Source: Batkoa obscura (taxonomy: Eukaryota). From it: a stretch of DNA of 64,000 nucleotides. Shown here one piece after another: positions 1 through 13,047 of this stretch (positions are counted from its first letter, which is position 1; each line of letters begins with the position of its first letter). The position numbers and the translations under genes were made by a program. The stretch lies in the NCBI GenBank assembly GCA_030770535.1, contig JASVEC010000025.1, forward strand, positions 682,001 to 746,000. The letters are read 5' to 3'. The notes beneath the pieces were generated by a model. It did not search any database. It was not told where the DNA came from and saw only the letters and a list, made by a program, of their open reading frames with translations.

Positions 1-438
1 GGCCAAGGACCAAATCAACAAAAATGTATGAAATCTCATCATTTATTAAATTATTTAAATCATTGTTTAAAATTACAACTTTATAATACAAAGACTAATT
101 CAGATCCTAATATTCAAGTGTTTTTATTTGAACATTTTAAACATAATACCAATATTTATCAACAAAGTTTAAAAGTTGCTGAAGATATATTTATATCAAA
201 TAAAGATCAGACCCTTTCGGATACGAAACATACTGCCCCTTATGATGCTTTTATGACCGCTTATACTTTTTTGCATTTTTTATTTTATCCTGATGTTAAA
301 TTGAGATTAGATAATAATAAGGAATTTAAAAATAATATTTATTTAATGGGACGAAATTTACCGCTGAAGATTGTTAAGTCTAAGTTTACTCAATGTTCGA
401 ATTCAGCTAATATCATATTAAATAATTTATCGAGTTGA
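1..438 (+). CDS. TOE1: 3' end of TOE1/CAF1-family (DEDD) deadenylase; 5' part lies outside the window
   Basis: Frame is open from base 1 (GQGPNQQKCMKSH, end of a CCCH finger). HTAPYDAFMTAY and NNIYLMGRNLPLKIVKSKF resemble TOE1 C-terminal motifs HRAGFDAFMTGY and NKVYLSGK..PL...KSQF. Confidence 0.7.
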   Translation, partial: GQGPNQQKCMKSHHLLNYLNHCLKLQLYNTKTNSDPNIQVFLFEHFKHNTNIYQQSLKVAEDIFISNKDQTLSDTKHTAPYDAFMTAYTFLHFLFYPDVKLRLDNNKEFKNNIYLMGRNLPLKIVKSKFTQCSNSANIILNNLSS

Positions 439-657
439 ATTAGTGATGATAATAGAAAGTATTGATTTATAGAGAATTGTAATTTAAATTTACAAAATAA
501 AATAAAATAAAATTGGAATGATTTAAAAATCATGATTCAAATTTAAATAAAAACAATAAAAATTACCTAAATCAATTATAATAAAGCTTTAATTTATATT
601 TTATTATTTTTAAAATTCTAATATAGTTTCCAGATTCTTTCATCTTCTTCACTTAAT

Positions 658-840
658 TTAAATATTAAACCCAAGATCTCTCATACATTTTTTATGTTTA
701 TTTATAATATCTAAACAATTTTCTTCCCCATTAAGAAAGACACAATTATCTCTTTCTTTTTTAGTTTCTGGACAAGCACAACATGGTTTTAATCTAGTAT
801 CATCTTTCTTTATTGAGGTTTCTACTGGTTTAGAGTCCAT
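658..840 (-). CDS. COX17: Mitochondrial copper chaperone Cox17
   Basis: [16 protein letters not shown]...GEENC...I.KHKKCMR..GF: CC copper motif plus twin CX9C. Confidence 0.95.
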   Translation of the reverse strand: MDSKPVETSIKKDDTRLKPCCACPETKKERDNCVFLNGEENCLDIINKHKKCMRDLGFNI

Positions 841-1267
841 TTTTTATATTTATGATATTTGATTTAAAAAAATGAGTTGATTTTGGTTTAAATCGAAAAA
901 ATAATTTTTTTGGTAATGTAGGGTTTCTATGTTTACTTTTTATAAGGGATAAAATTGATTGGTGACTTCCAGAAGTTTCTTTTCAAATTGATAATGAGTT
1001 AAATTTTATGAGTAATAATTTTATGATAATTAGCAATATGGATTAGTAATATAGATTAGTTTAAAAGCTCAATTCTAATTTTGTTCAATTTTGATATTTA
1101 GCAAAAGTTGCAAATCCAACACTAAGTACTACAAAACTAGTTACTTTTTTTCCTTACTTTTAAAATAACTTAAATTATATGTTTTTTTGTTCAATTTTAT
1201 AATAATTTTTTTAGAATTTTACTCTACATAGGAAATAGATAAGAAAAGGGAAATTGGGAAATTATAT

Positions 1268-1366
1268 GGGGATGTATTTTTTTGTTTAAGAATTTTACTA
1301 ACAATCTTTCCACTCAAATAGCGCTTAAAAAATGGAAAAAGTAATGAAACTATAAAAAACATCCCC
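1268..1366 (+). mobile_element. ~99 bp MITE, family copy 1 (reference orientation)
   Basis: GGGGATGTATTTTTT...AAAAAACATCCCC terminal inverted repeats, flanked by ATAT on both sides; the same sequence recurs about 16 times in the window. Confidence 0.9.
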
Positions 1367-1571
1367 ATATTTTTAATTTTAACCAAGTTTTTAAACTTAA
1401 CAATATAAATGTTACTAAATAAATAATAATTTTTATCAATAAAATAATATTATTGTTCTTAATATATAATTGTATTGAAATTAATCTATTTAAAAGGAAT
1501 TAAAATTGATTATTAATTATCAACTATGAATTTTTTTAAAATGGAATAAAAATTTCAAATATTCTCTTTTA

Positions 1572-1697
1572 ATAATATAAAAATAATAAAAATAATAAAA
1601 ATAATAATAACAATAATAACAATAATAACAATAATAACAATAATAACAATAATAACAATAATAACAATAATAACAATAATAACAATAATAACATAAC
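1572..1697. repeat. (AATAATAAC)n / (AATAATAAA)n microsatellite
   Basis: Direct tandem 9-mer array; it produces the spurious poly-L and CYY ORFs. Confidence 0.9.
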
Positions 1698-2259
1698 CCC
1701 ATGTTTTTGAAACCTCTTAAAAAACAAATATCTTCTACTCCTTATCATTGTCAGGATCACTAATTAAATTGACTGCTTTTCAAAGTGGGATACTATAATT
1801 GAACAAGATTCAATACAAGTTAAATGCATTTTAAAAAATGATGTAAAAAAGACTAATATCAAAGTTAGTAATGGCTTTAATGACATATATATTTAGTATG
1901 GATATAGAATGTAGTAAATTAATGTGTTTTATATTCATAAAAAGTATATAAACAATTGAATTTCTTCTTCTAAAAATTTTCTTCATTAAGTGTCTTTATA
2001 TTTATTTTACAAAATAAAAGTATGCTTTTTAATTCTATTAGTTAAATTAATTTATTTAACTTAATTCAATATATATTATTTACTCTATACTTGTTTACGA
2101 AGACTTCAAAAGTTTATATTATTCTTAGTCAACTATTAGATCTATCTTACTTTACTTCATATCAACTTATCCGTTGGTACGCCTCTGGACTTAAGGATCT
2201 CAAAAACCCTTGGGACTTAAACTTAAACTTAAACTTAGATATACAATATTTTCAACTAC

Positions 2260-3996
2260 TCACCCTTCCTTTTCTAACTTTTCTTGAACAATTTGAATCA
2301 ATAATAAATTGAATCCACTCATTGCTTTAGTCGCTGGAAACTTTACCAATTCTTTTAAAAATTTAATGCCTTTTTCAATATATTTTTCATTCTCTTTATT
2401 GTCGCTTCTTTTCCCATATCTTAACATAAACATAATAACACTAGCTAATGTTGGACAATTAATAGCTAATGTTAAATTTAAATCAGCATTAATACAACTA
2501 TCAATTAGAGTATGACATTTTAAAAAGATTTGTTGAATTATAAAAGGAGTAAGAGTATTGAGTGATTTCTTAGGTGAGTACTCATTATATTCATAATGTT
2601 GTTTTTCATCAGATAAATGGAATTTTGTAGTAATTAATAGAAATTGTAAATAATCATAAAAATAGGTGAAAACATCTTGATATTGATTAATTATGAGTTT
2701 TATATTGGAGTCATTAATTTTTTTTATTAAAGTGAACATTAAAACTTTATAGGTATTATATACTTTTGTTAATTGATATTGTAATTTATTGAATTCTAAA
2801 TCGTAATTATTAGATTCATTAAATTTTAATTTATTTTTCTCATTGATAAGTTTAAGATTGAAAAAGAAATTGGACAATATAAAATAATATTGAATTAATT
2901 TAAAATGTAAGAATTGTTGTATTAATTCATTTTGTTTATTAAAATCAAATGAATTTTGAATCAACTTTTTCTTATAATAATTTTCCATTTTATTTAATTT
3001 AATAGGATATTGAGGTGTCATTAAATAAGTTCCAATATTTAAATAAGCTATTGTATAATACAATGTTAATATACAATAAGTATTTAATCTTTCTTCATTT
3101 TCAATATTATTTTTATACTTAATTTGATGATTTAAACCAATTGCTTGTGCCATTCTATTACATAAAAATAACAAATATTCTTTTTGTTGACCAATCCAAG
3201 GGAAACAAGGTATAGCTATAATTAAGATTAAGATTAATTGAATTAATTGTAAATTAGGTGGGATTAGAAATATCTTTGAAATAAATATTGATAATTTTGA
3301 TTCAAAATAAGAAATCAATTGTTTAATAATGGGAGTAATTTCCATATGTAATAAACCAGCTAATAAAATAGTTGATTTTAAATAAAAATTACATGAATGA
3401 AAATTAAATTGATTTGAATTAAATAAAGGTAATAATTTGTTAACTTTAATAAAATAAATATTAATTGCTTGTTTTAATATTGGACCAATAGAATTAATAT
3501 CAGGTTCTGGACATGATTGAATTAATTTATTATTTCTTTTACTTTTTTGATTAGTTAAATTTAATTTTTGAGTTATTAATAATAATAAGTTGAGACCTAA
3601 ATTTGAATATTGTAAAGATGGATTTTGTAAAAAATTATATAAATTTTCAAAGATTGATTTGCGTGGGAATTGATTGAATATTATTTGAATATTATAATTC
3701 ATATTAGAATGTTTGAATATTTTAAATAATTTCAATTCCTCATTTTTTGATTGAAATTTATTTTTATTTATATAAACAAAACTAAATATATTAATATCAT
3801 GATTTAAATTGTTGTGATTTTTTTTATTGATTTTTGTTTTATTATAAATTACTGTTCGATTATAAGTACATAGAATATTTCTTTTAATACATTGATTACA
3901 TGTTGGTAAATTTCGATCACATTTATAATGACTTTTAAAACATAAATCACATCGATGACCTTTTATTGATTGATTAAAATAAGTTGAGATGACCAT
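2260..3996 (-). CDS. Zn(II)2Cys6 binuclear cluster transcription factor, intronless
   Basis: RCDLCFKSHYKCDRNLPTCNQCIKRNILC at the N-terminus; middle homology region-like segment (RMAQAIGLN...EERLN). Confidence 0.9.
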   Translation of the reverse strand: MVISTYFNQSIKGHRCDLCFKSHYKCDRNLPTCNQCIKRNILCTYNRTVIYNKTKINKKNHNNLNHDINIFSFVYINKNKFQSKNEELKLFKIFKHSNMNYNIQIIFNQFPRKSIFENLYNFLQNPSLQYSNLGLNLLLLITQKLNLTNQKSKRNNKLIQSCPEPDINSIGPILKQAINIYFIKVNKLLPLFNSNQFNFHSCNFYLKSTILLAGLLHMEITPIIKQLISYFESKLSIFISKIFLIPPNLQLIQLILILIIAIPCFPWIGQQKEYLLFLCNRMAQAIGLNHQIKYKNNIENEERLNTYCILTLYYTIAYLNIGTYLMTPQYPIKLNKMENYYKKKLIQNSFDFNKQNELIQQFLHFKLIQYYFILSNFFFNLKLINEKNKLKFNESNNYDLEFNKLQYQLTKVYNTYKVLMFTLIKKINDSNIKLIINQYQDVFTYFYDYLQFLLITTKFHLSDEKQHYEYNEYSPKKSLNTLTPFIIQQIFLKCHTLIDSCINADLNLTLAINCPTLASVIMFMLRYGKRSDNKENEKYIEKGIKFLKELVKFPATKAMSGFNLLLIQIVQEKLEKEG

Positions 3997-4662
3997 TTTA
4001 TTATTAATATCAAAAATTAAAATTAAAATTAAAATTAAAATTAAAAATAAATTAATTGTTGTTACTTTTTAATAAAAAAAGAAGTATAAAAACAATTAAG
4101 AAATTTGAAAAAGATTACGGAATTATTATTTTTAATTTCTACCAATTAAGAATAGAATTGAAGAATAAAAAAGTTAGGTAATGTTATAAGCAATAAATCT
4201 AACTTCACTTTTAAATTAATTTCAAAAATAAGTAATTGTGAAATATTGCTCTATTTAGTTCTCAGATTGATTATAACATAACAATCACTTAAGTTGTTGT
4301 GTTCTGAAGTTCAAATACAATCAATTCAGAGTCCCTTATTTTGATTTGCTGCGAGAATTTATAACTTCATATTGCAAACAATATAAAAGAGATTCTTCAA
4401 CATGATAATTCAAGGCTTTTTAATTGAATTACTCCCTGATAACGTATCATTAATAAAGTCATTAAGTCTTTCTGACAACATCTTATATAGATTTTACGGT
4501 AGTATCTTCCATTGTATTTATTTACATAATTCGTAGCTTATTACGTATTATTTCTATTAAGTTAAGTCTATCTTAGTTACATAAACTAAGACCCTTCGAC
4601 TCAAGGCAAGTTAATTAAGCAAGAATAGCTTTTAACTTTGACCACTAAGTATCAACTTTCAC

Positions 4663-4703
4663 AAAAGGTTGTTAGTAAAATTCTTAAACAAAAATACATC
4701 CCC
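4663..4703 (-). mobile_element. MITE half copy (one end only)
   Basis: AAAAGGTTGTTAGTAAAATTCTTAAACAAAAATACATCCCC followed by ATAT is the reverse complement of the MITE left end. Confidence 0.8.
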
Positions 4704-5741
4704 ATATAAAGTTTATATAATTATCTTAAAATTAAAAAAATATTAAATATTAATTTATATTTATTTTATATTTTAATAAAATTTTTAAAAATTAATCAAA
4801 AAACCTATTAGTTTTATAGTACTTAATGTTGAAATTATAATTTTAATTAAATATCAAAATATATTAAAATTGAAAAAAAATACAAATATAAGCTTTGAAA
4901 CTAACCTATATACTCAGAAATATTTTAGAATTTATTTATTATATGATTTAAAAATGTTTTTTTTATTTTAATATTCCTTTAATTTTTTAAATAAAAAGAG
5001 ATATCCCCATTTATTTCAAGTTTCTAAAATTAAATACCTTTTTATTTTTAACATCTTTGAATTATTTTTCTGTTTTTAATTTTCAAGCTAAAATTCTAAT
5101 ATTATATAAAGATGTTTTTAAAATAATCTTCCTTGACAAAGATATAGAATTGCAATAGTCAAAATTTTTTACATCAAAAATAATTGTTGTTGCAATCAAT
5201 GGTCATTTTATTTTATTTTCTATAAAAAAAAAAGAGAATATTTTAGAAATACTTATATAATTGATTAGTCAGAATCAAAAGTCGAAATGAGGCTTATGAA
5301 AATTCAAAATCAAATCAAACTATTTAAATAAAACAGTTACTTACTTTTATTTAACTTATTTACGATTATTATAATTCAATTTAAAAAAAGTTTCTTAACT
5401 TTTATTGATATTTTAATATTATCAATTTGATCTAAAAGATATATTCTCACCTATATTTTGTCAATTAGTTTCAACTTTTCATATTAATCTTAATCACCCA
5501 AATGACCTAAGCATTTTTAAAAACTTTTATTAATTAAGCCAATCAAACTAAATTTAGTTGAACCAACAAAAACTGAAACATGTGAAAAGGAGATATTAAA
5601 TTAAGTTAACCTAAGCTTTTTATTTTATTTTATTTTATTTTATTTTATTTTACTTTATATCTTATATTTTATATTTTATATTTTATATTTTATATTTTAT
5701 ACTTTATTTTACCTTTTTATTAATATATATCAATAAAAACA

Positions 5742-6879
5742 ATGAAAACAATTACTTATAACCCAATGGAAACAAAAAGTTTAACTCGACGTCAATATTT
5801 AATGAATTTAATATCTCAATTTCCAATTTATAAATTGATTCAATATTTAATTTATTATATCTTAGGGGGTGGAGTTGCATGGAAAATATTATCTTATATT
5901 CTCCCATTTATAGCACAAAAATTATTAAATCAAAGTATATTAAAAATTGATTCTATATTTATTAATGAATGTCAAGCTGATTCAATGATGATGTATACTA
6001 ATTTATCTTTAGAAAAAGTAGGACCAGTACCAGTTACTATTAAATTTGATGAGGAAGTAAAGTTTGGATTTATGAAAGATGGAGAAGTCAAAATATTTGG
6101 TTGTGTAGATATGCCTATGTTAGAAGTTCAACCTAATATTAAAAATATGAAAAGTATCGGATTAAAATTGAAGATTAAAGAAGTAGAATTAATGAGTGAA
6201 TTTTGTAAATATATATTAAATGGAAGTTTAGATTGTGAATTATATTTAATTGGAAAATGTAATATTTATTTATTTGGTTTAATACCAATTAAAAATTTAA
6301 AATTAAATAAAATTATATCAATTACAGGAATGAATTCATTAAAGGAATTAACAATCAATAAAATAAGAGTATTAAATGGAGATTTAAATAATATTTATTT
6401 AAATGTAGTATGTAATTTATTTAATCCTTCTTTATTTGAAATTGAATTTGGGCAAGTAAATTTTAATTTATATTATAAAAATTGTAATATTGGACATGTT
6501 ACAATGGAAAAGATGAATTTAAATTGTGATTCGAATACTTTAGATTCTATAACTTATTTTCATCCATTAGAAAAAGATATATTAATTGCAGGTGAATTAT
6601 TAAGTCAATTTTGTTCAGGAAAAGAAAGTGATATTGTTATTAAAGGAAATCATCCTAATTCTCATCCTATTCAATATTGGAAAGAAGCTTTAGAAGATTT
6701 ATTAATTCCTTGTAAAATGATGGGTATTAAAGAAAAATTAATTAAATGTGCAAGATTACAATTAAATCCAAGTTCTTTATTATCAGGTATTTGGAATTCA
6801 GCTGCTCCTTCTAAATTAGAATTATATAATCCATTTGAATGTAATATTTATATTAAAAAAATTGAATCGGATGTATTTA

Positions 6880-6916
<37 letters not shown>

Positions 6917-6923
6917 AAAAGAC

Positions 6924-6957
<34 letters not shown>

Positions 6958-7220
6958 CAATAATACAAGATAATATTGGTAATTTAATTAAAGATTTAAA
7001 ATCACATCCATTATTAATGAATAGTAAAACAATTACAATATCTAATCAAATGGATTTAAAATTAAATTTAGATTTTCAAAAATATAAATTATTATATAAT
7101 GCTTTAATAAATAATCAATTATTATTTAATGTAGAAGCTAAAATAGAAGCTAATTTAGGTAATTATCCTTGTGAAATTAATTATGTTCAACAAAATGTTC
7201 CTATTGATTTTGGATTATAA
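5742..7220 (+). CDS. DUF3712-like membrane-anchored protein with beta-rich repeat domains
   Basis: N-terminal hydrophobic anchor, then repeated segments such as LFNPSLFEIEFGQVNFNLYY and ELYNPFECNIYI; poly-N insert. Confidence 0.7.
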
Positions 7221-7339
7221 GAAATAATAAAGTGAAAAAGTGTTAGTGGAAAAGGGAAGAGGGAAGAAGAGGGAAGAACAGAAATAAATAATATGTGATA
7301 TTGTTATATATTATATATTATATGTTATTATGAATGAAT

Positions 7340-7603
7340 TTAATTTTTAGGTAAATAAGTATATGGTATTAAATAAGTGGAATGATTCAATTGATTATCA
7401 GATAATGCTGAATGACGGAATTTAATGGAATTTTTATCTAATGTAAATGATAATTGTTTAATTTCAGGTTCAAGGATAATGTTGGGTATATTTTTATCTT
7501 GTTTTAATTGAAAATAATTAAATAAATTAGATTTATATTTATAAATTATAATAATTATAATAATTATAAGTATTATTATTGATATTAATATATAAGTTAT
7601 TAA

Positions 7604-7654
<51 letters not shown>

Positions 7655-8813
7655 TACATTTGTATTATTAAATTTATCAACTTTTTTTAATAAATTTAAA
7701 TCAATAATTTGAGTAAATTGATCTGCTATTCCTTTATATCCACCAAAAGAATAAATTAAATAATTATTAAAATAAATTAAACAAGCATTTTCTTTTGATT
7801 CAAAACCTAATATATGATATTGTTGCCATGTAAATGTTTTTAAATCAAGTTGATATAAATATTGAGTTTGGTTTGGGTTGAGTTGAATAGTAGTATTAAC
7901 AATATATTCATTAATTAAATATAAAGTATGATTATTTAAAATAATATTTTTAAAATCAGAAATTAAAGGTAATTTACCTTTAGGTTTTATTATACTTACT
8001 TTTTTTTGTTGAAAATTAATTTTTTTAATATTATTTAATGAATATGGTTGATCATCTATATTATTTCCAGCAAAATAATAATATTCACCTAATTTAATAT
8101 TAATAAATATAATATATATAATAAATATAATAAATATAATAATTAATTAATATTAATTTACCTTGATAAAAAAAACTTTTTTGATTAATACCATAATCTA
8201 CATTTACTTTTTCCTTCTTAATTTCTCCAGTTAAATAATTAAATTTAAATAAACTAACAATAGATTTAACTTCATTAAGCTTCATATTTGGTTGCTTGTA
8301 TTCTCCATTTAACCAAATAAATTCATATTCATTTAAATCATTTTGAGCTATTGAAAATGAATTTATAAAAAATTGATTATTAATTACTTTTTCATTTAAT
8401 AATTTAATAAACTTATTATTGAACTTTTCATCTATGGACCATATTTTTCTCTGAATATCAAACGACTGTAATATAGTATTATTACTTTGACCACCAAAAG
8501 AAATCAATTGATTTTTCTCAACCAAAAATATTTGATTATAAATCAAATCAAATTTATTACTTAATTTATAATATTCTTTCCAATTACCTTTTGAATTACT
8601 TAATTCAAGATCTTCATTTAAATTTAATGAATATACTTTTTGATTTGGAAAATAACTGGTAATAGAAGAATCAGCTACTCGACCACCAAAGTAATATATG
8701 GAAGTATTATGAAGAATACAACTACCACTGGAGAGGTAAAGGTTGTTGAAAGATTGAGAATAGTAAAAGGGTAATAAAATGAGGAATAGATAAAGTGTAT
8801 TATGAAATTTCAT
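7340..8813 (-). CDS. Type I membrane protein with Kelch/galactose-oxidase-like beta-propeller (2 exons; intron ~8089-8161)
   Basis: Signal peptide; IYYFGG, LISFGG, YYFAG and IYSFGGY blade motifs. A GT..AG intron restores the frame through a TM helix (LITYILISIIILIIIIIIIIY-KYK) to TAA at 7340. Confidence 0.75.
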
Positions 8814-9287
8814 TTTATATTATATAAATTATTAAAAATTAAGAAAAAGATATTGAATTTATTAATTGTATTAATTATAATGAATATCATTTTATGTTGA
8901 TTAATGTGTTCTATTAATATGTTCTATTAATATGTTCTATTAATATAAAATTTAATAACTCTTTATTAAATATTTTATAAAATGTTAATTAATTGAAACT
9001 GAAAATTTTAATTAATTTGGAAATTATTTAGTTTTGAATAAGGTTTGGTTATGTCATCAAATAGATTCTTTTTATTTGAAATCAATAAAAGTACTAATTT
9101 AATAAAATTTTATTAAAGATAAATTTATTGAATTTTTTTTGATATTTATTAACTACATAATTTAATAATAATTTAATACACTATGAATTCAAAAACATAT
9201 TCTAAATAACATATAAAAAAAGAGTAATCAATCAATGTTAAGAAAGCGATTTATTTCTCCTATAACATATTAGAAAAAGTGGTCCTT

Positions 9288-9872
9288 TTAAGCTTCATAA
9301 TCAATAGCTAAAGTTTCTATTAATTAAAAATAGATTTATTAGTAATTATATTTTATAGCTAAAAAAAAAAGAAATTAAACTTACTATCTACTTCACAACA
9401 TTCCTTAAAAGCAGTAGCTAACTCTACATGATGAGGGTGTTGAATATATTCTTTTAAATCCTAATATAATATATAAAAAATAAATTAAATAATAAATAAT
9501 AAACATAATAAACATAATCTTACCTCCATCGATTTTAATTCTACTACCAAAGCTATTGATAAAATAATAATAATTTAATTAATATCCTTTCATTGAACTA
9601 TTTTATTTATTTATTTATTTATTTATTTACCATGAGTATACCCTTTACCACGTTCTGTTAAATTTTTACCAAAACTGGACTTTTGGATGAGTGGTATATG
9701 TTGTTTCATATTATTGAAACCAGTACTCACTTTATTAAAAGTAGTAGCATTGAATTCGGATTTAAGTTGGAAGAGAACTGATAAGAGTAAAGAAGAAGGG
9801 GTTTAGTTTAATATCAAATACTATAATGTAACTACAAGTGTCAATGTAATTACCTAAATGATATAAAGTCAT
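9288..9872 (-). CDS. Stress-responsive A/B barrel (Dabb) domain protein, 5 small exons; absent from the ORF track
   Basis: Spliced translation MTLYHLVLFQLK...NMKQHIPLIQKSSFGKNLTERGKGYTHALVVELKSMEDLKEYIQHPHHVEL...LAIDYEA*, with GT..AG introns; matches the Dabb pattern H.V.F...G.N...R..G.TH...Y..HP.H...DY. Confidence 0.8.
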
Positions 9873-10036
9873 TGTTTTTTAATTGACTATTGAAAATAAG
9901 ATAAGAAAAATGAATTTGGAATTTATTACGTTTTTTCATTAATTTTCGCTTTTATTAAATTCGTTTCCAAGCTCTAATTTATGCTAAATTCTTTTTTCAA
10001 ATTCTTCAATTGAATTTCTTTTTATTCTTTGATCAA

Positions 10037-11174
10037 ATGAAACGCAAACATAGTTTAATAATGAAACAAGAAGAAATTGAAAATCATATCAATGAAATTA
10101 GCACCTCTATTATCAATGAACCTGCATCAATTACCAATGAATCTACATCAATTACCAATGAACTTAAATCAATTAACAGTGAAGAGGTGACAACGTCCAC
10201 TAATGTAACCACTCAACCAAAGACTTCAGTAATTGAAGTTGATTCCAATATTCCATTAAGTTTATTAAAAGAAACGGAAACATTAATACTTGAAGATAAT
10301 CAATTGATTTCGGAACTCATTGAAAAAGATAATATAACAAATCAAAAACAAATAGAAGAACAAAAAAAAATGAGTAGTTATACACCTACACAGTTGTTAA
10401 AGTCCAATTTTTTATTGATTCAAACAGAATTGAGAAAAGTAATTCACAATATTAATTTGGGTTATAATTTATTAGCATTTGAATTATTGGCTAAAGTTAC
10501 TGATCGAATTGTTAATAATTGTGTTGTTTTGGGTAAGTTTATTATTTATATTAATATTATTAATTTATTAAATTACCTTTATTCTTTATATATATATATA
10601 TTAGGTTTAACTGGTATTGAAAACCCATATCAAATTGATAAACCAGGGTTTTGGTTAGGATTGAATAATTGTTGGCTATATTGTTTAAGTCGAATACCAT
10701 TAGCTATTAATGAAGAACAAAAAATTAAATTAGAGCATTTAAATCATTTAAAAACAATGTTAATCAATTGGGGCGATGAATTAATTAAATATGGTTTATT
10801 AGATTATCAAATGGGTTTATGGCAATCTGATTTATTAGAATCAATAGATTTGGCTATTTCTTTAATGAATCCTACTTTACCACCTCCACCACCTCATATT
10901 GATTTAAATAAAGTACTACCTAGTTTAGAAGCCTTGGGATTAAATATTCAAAATCCAGATATAATTACAATAGATGATACAAATACAATGGAGGAGAATT
11001 CCATTATTTTAAATGAAATGGATTTAAGGGAATTTGCTAATCAAATGATTAATTATCAACATGAAGAAAAAGATAAAGAAAATCAAGAAGAAGATAATGT
11101 TTATCAAAATGAATCAAAAGAGAATCAAAATAATCAAATGAATAATAATAATAATAATAATAATGATAATAATG

Positions 11175-11231
<57 letters not shown>

Positions 11232-11392
11232 TAATAGTAATAAAGAATGATAATAAAAGTAGTAAGGAGATAATAGAGATGGATAATAATTTAAATAGAA
11301 ATAAAAGTATAGAAAGTGTAGAAAATAATAATAAACAAATATTAGATGAAGATAATTCTACTTTATCTTCATTAACGGATGAAGAAAATTAA
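10037..11392 (+). CDS. Conserved fungal hypothetical protein (helical domain plus low-complexity tails); intron 10533-10604
   Basis: Long ORF with a conserved-looking core LAKVTDRIVNNC..LGL...FWLGLNNCWL...WGDELIKYGLLDYQMGLW; the 72-nt GTAAG..TTAG intron is in frame. Confidence 0.75.
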
Positions 11393-11644
11393 AGATATTT
11401 AATAAGAAAAATTAAAATTATAATAAAAATAAAGTAAAGATGCTTAATAAAATTGAATCTTAATGGTTCTATCTAGTTTCATTATTTTAATAGTTTAATT
11501 TTGAAATTGAAAAGTAAGAAGATAGAGTTAGAAAGTTTATTAATTTAAAAGTTTTTAAAGATAAATATGAAGCTTAGAATAATAATAATAATAAATGTAG
11601 AAATTAACAAAGAGATCGAGTTAAAAATATAAAAAAATGACTAT

Positions 11645-11745
11645 GGACATATGTTTTCTGTTTCAAAATTGTATTATTAATTTTTCCACTCAATAGCACT
11701 TGAAAAATCGAGCAGTAAATAAAATTTGGAAAAAAACTTGCTTTC
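11645..11745 (+). mobile_element. Old, diverged MITE copy
   Basis: AATTTTTCCACTCAATAGCACTTGAAAAATCG aligns to the MITE core; ends decayed, ATAT on the right. Confidence 0.55.
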
Positions 11746-11896
11746 ATATTTTAAAAACTTGAGATTTATTTTTATTTTTTATTTTCTTTTATTTCATATT
11801 AAAATTCACTTTAATTCTTTTCTTATATATTTTAATTAAAGTATTAAAATGACTAACTGTTGACTTGATATTATCAATACTATTGTTTTCTTTTTT

Positions 11897-12857
11897 CTAG
11901 ATTCTCTTTTTTATCATTATCTCCACTATCATCTTTATCAACTAAACTATTAGAATTACTTTTTACACTATCTTCATTTGATAAAGTAATTGGTGTACTA
12001 TAAAAATTAGTAATTGGTACAAATGGTAATTTTAATTGTTTAGAGTTATGTCTTAATAAATTAAGATTTCTTTTATTGTTATTTTTAATCTCATTACTAT
12101 CTCCTTCTTGTTTAGCTTTAATAATTGAAAATGGATCTTCATTAGATTCAGTACTTACTACTATCTTTTCAGTAGTATCAAATGGATCAGATGTAAATAA
12201 CTCTGGATTTTTTGAATTAAAGATATCGTCTTCTAATAATTTAAACTTTGTTTAAACTCATTATTTTCAGATACTTTTGGTTGTTCCAATTGCTTATTCA
12301 TTTCTTCTTCACTTTGTTATTTTGAATTTCTTTTTCTATTCTTTCTATTTCTATTTCTATTTCTTCTTCTTCCTTTATTTTTTGCCTCTCTTCTTTAGCA
12401 AATTTAGGAAGTTTATTACTACATTTGTCTTCACATTCTAACATACTATAAAAAGGTACACATCCCCCACAACCACCATAAATATCTAATTTACATACTC
12501 GATATTTGAAATCAAAATAATAACCTGGGATAGCTGCCCTACAGTTACCCAATTCCATTCGAACATAGCAACTTAAATCCCTATTTAATTTATAAAAAGT
12601 AAACAATGAAATGTTATCAATTCTTATTTTTCATAAAATATAATTATTAAATTACAGAGATTTTTCTAAAGCAATGGCATTATTTGGTATCTCCCCATAA
12701 CATTATTGAACATTCAATTTGGGTTTTGTGATGCTATTATCGTTAATGTTAAAAACCTTATTAAGTTTAATATAAATTACCTTTCAAATTCCATTCTTTT
12801 TGTTAGGCTTATGGCTAGAATAAAGTTAAAAAAACAAGTAAATATATAGAATTTCAT
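11897..12857 (-). pseudogene. Kunitz/BPTI inhibitor pseudogene (tandem paralog of 13048-14165)
   Basis: Same 3-exon structure and signal peptide as its neighbour, but with an in-frame TAA at 12703-12705 in exon 2 (QHC becomes Q*C) and frameshifts near 12310 and 12240. Confidence 0.75.
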
Positions 12858-13047
12858 TATTATTTCTTTATATCTTTAATAATCAATATAAAAGTAAAAG
12901 TTTTAAAATGTTCTATATTATTATTATTATTATTCAGATCATCAATGATAGCCAAATGTTTCAATTTTAAACTAAACCAACAGTAAAAAAAATAGAAAAA
13001 TAAAAAGTTATTTTTATTGAAATAATATTCAATATTTCATTTCCTAT

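Noticed and set aside
1520..1760. 60-63 aa ORFs (CYY repeats, poly-Leu)
   Set aside because: Translations of the AATAATAAC microsatellite.
8907..8946. Short tandem repeats (TGTTCTATTAATA x3; also CAAAGAAAT x3 at ~32434 and AAACTT repeats at ~2215)
   Set aside because: Ordinary slippage repeats with no supporting structure.
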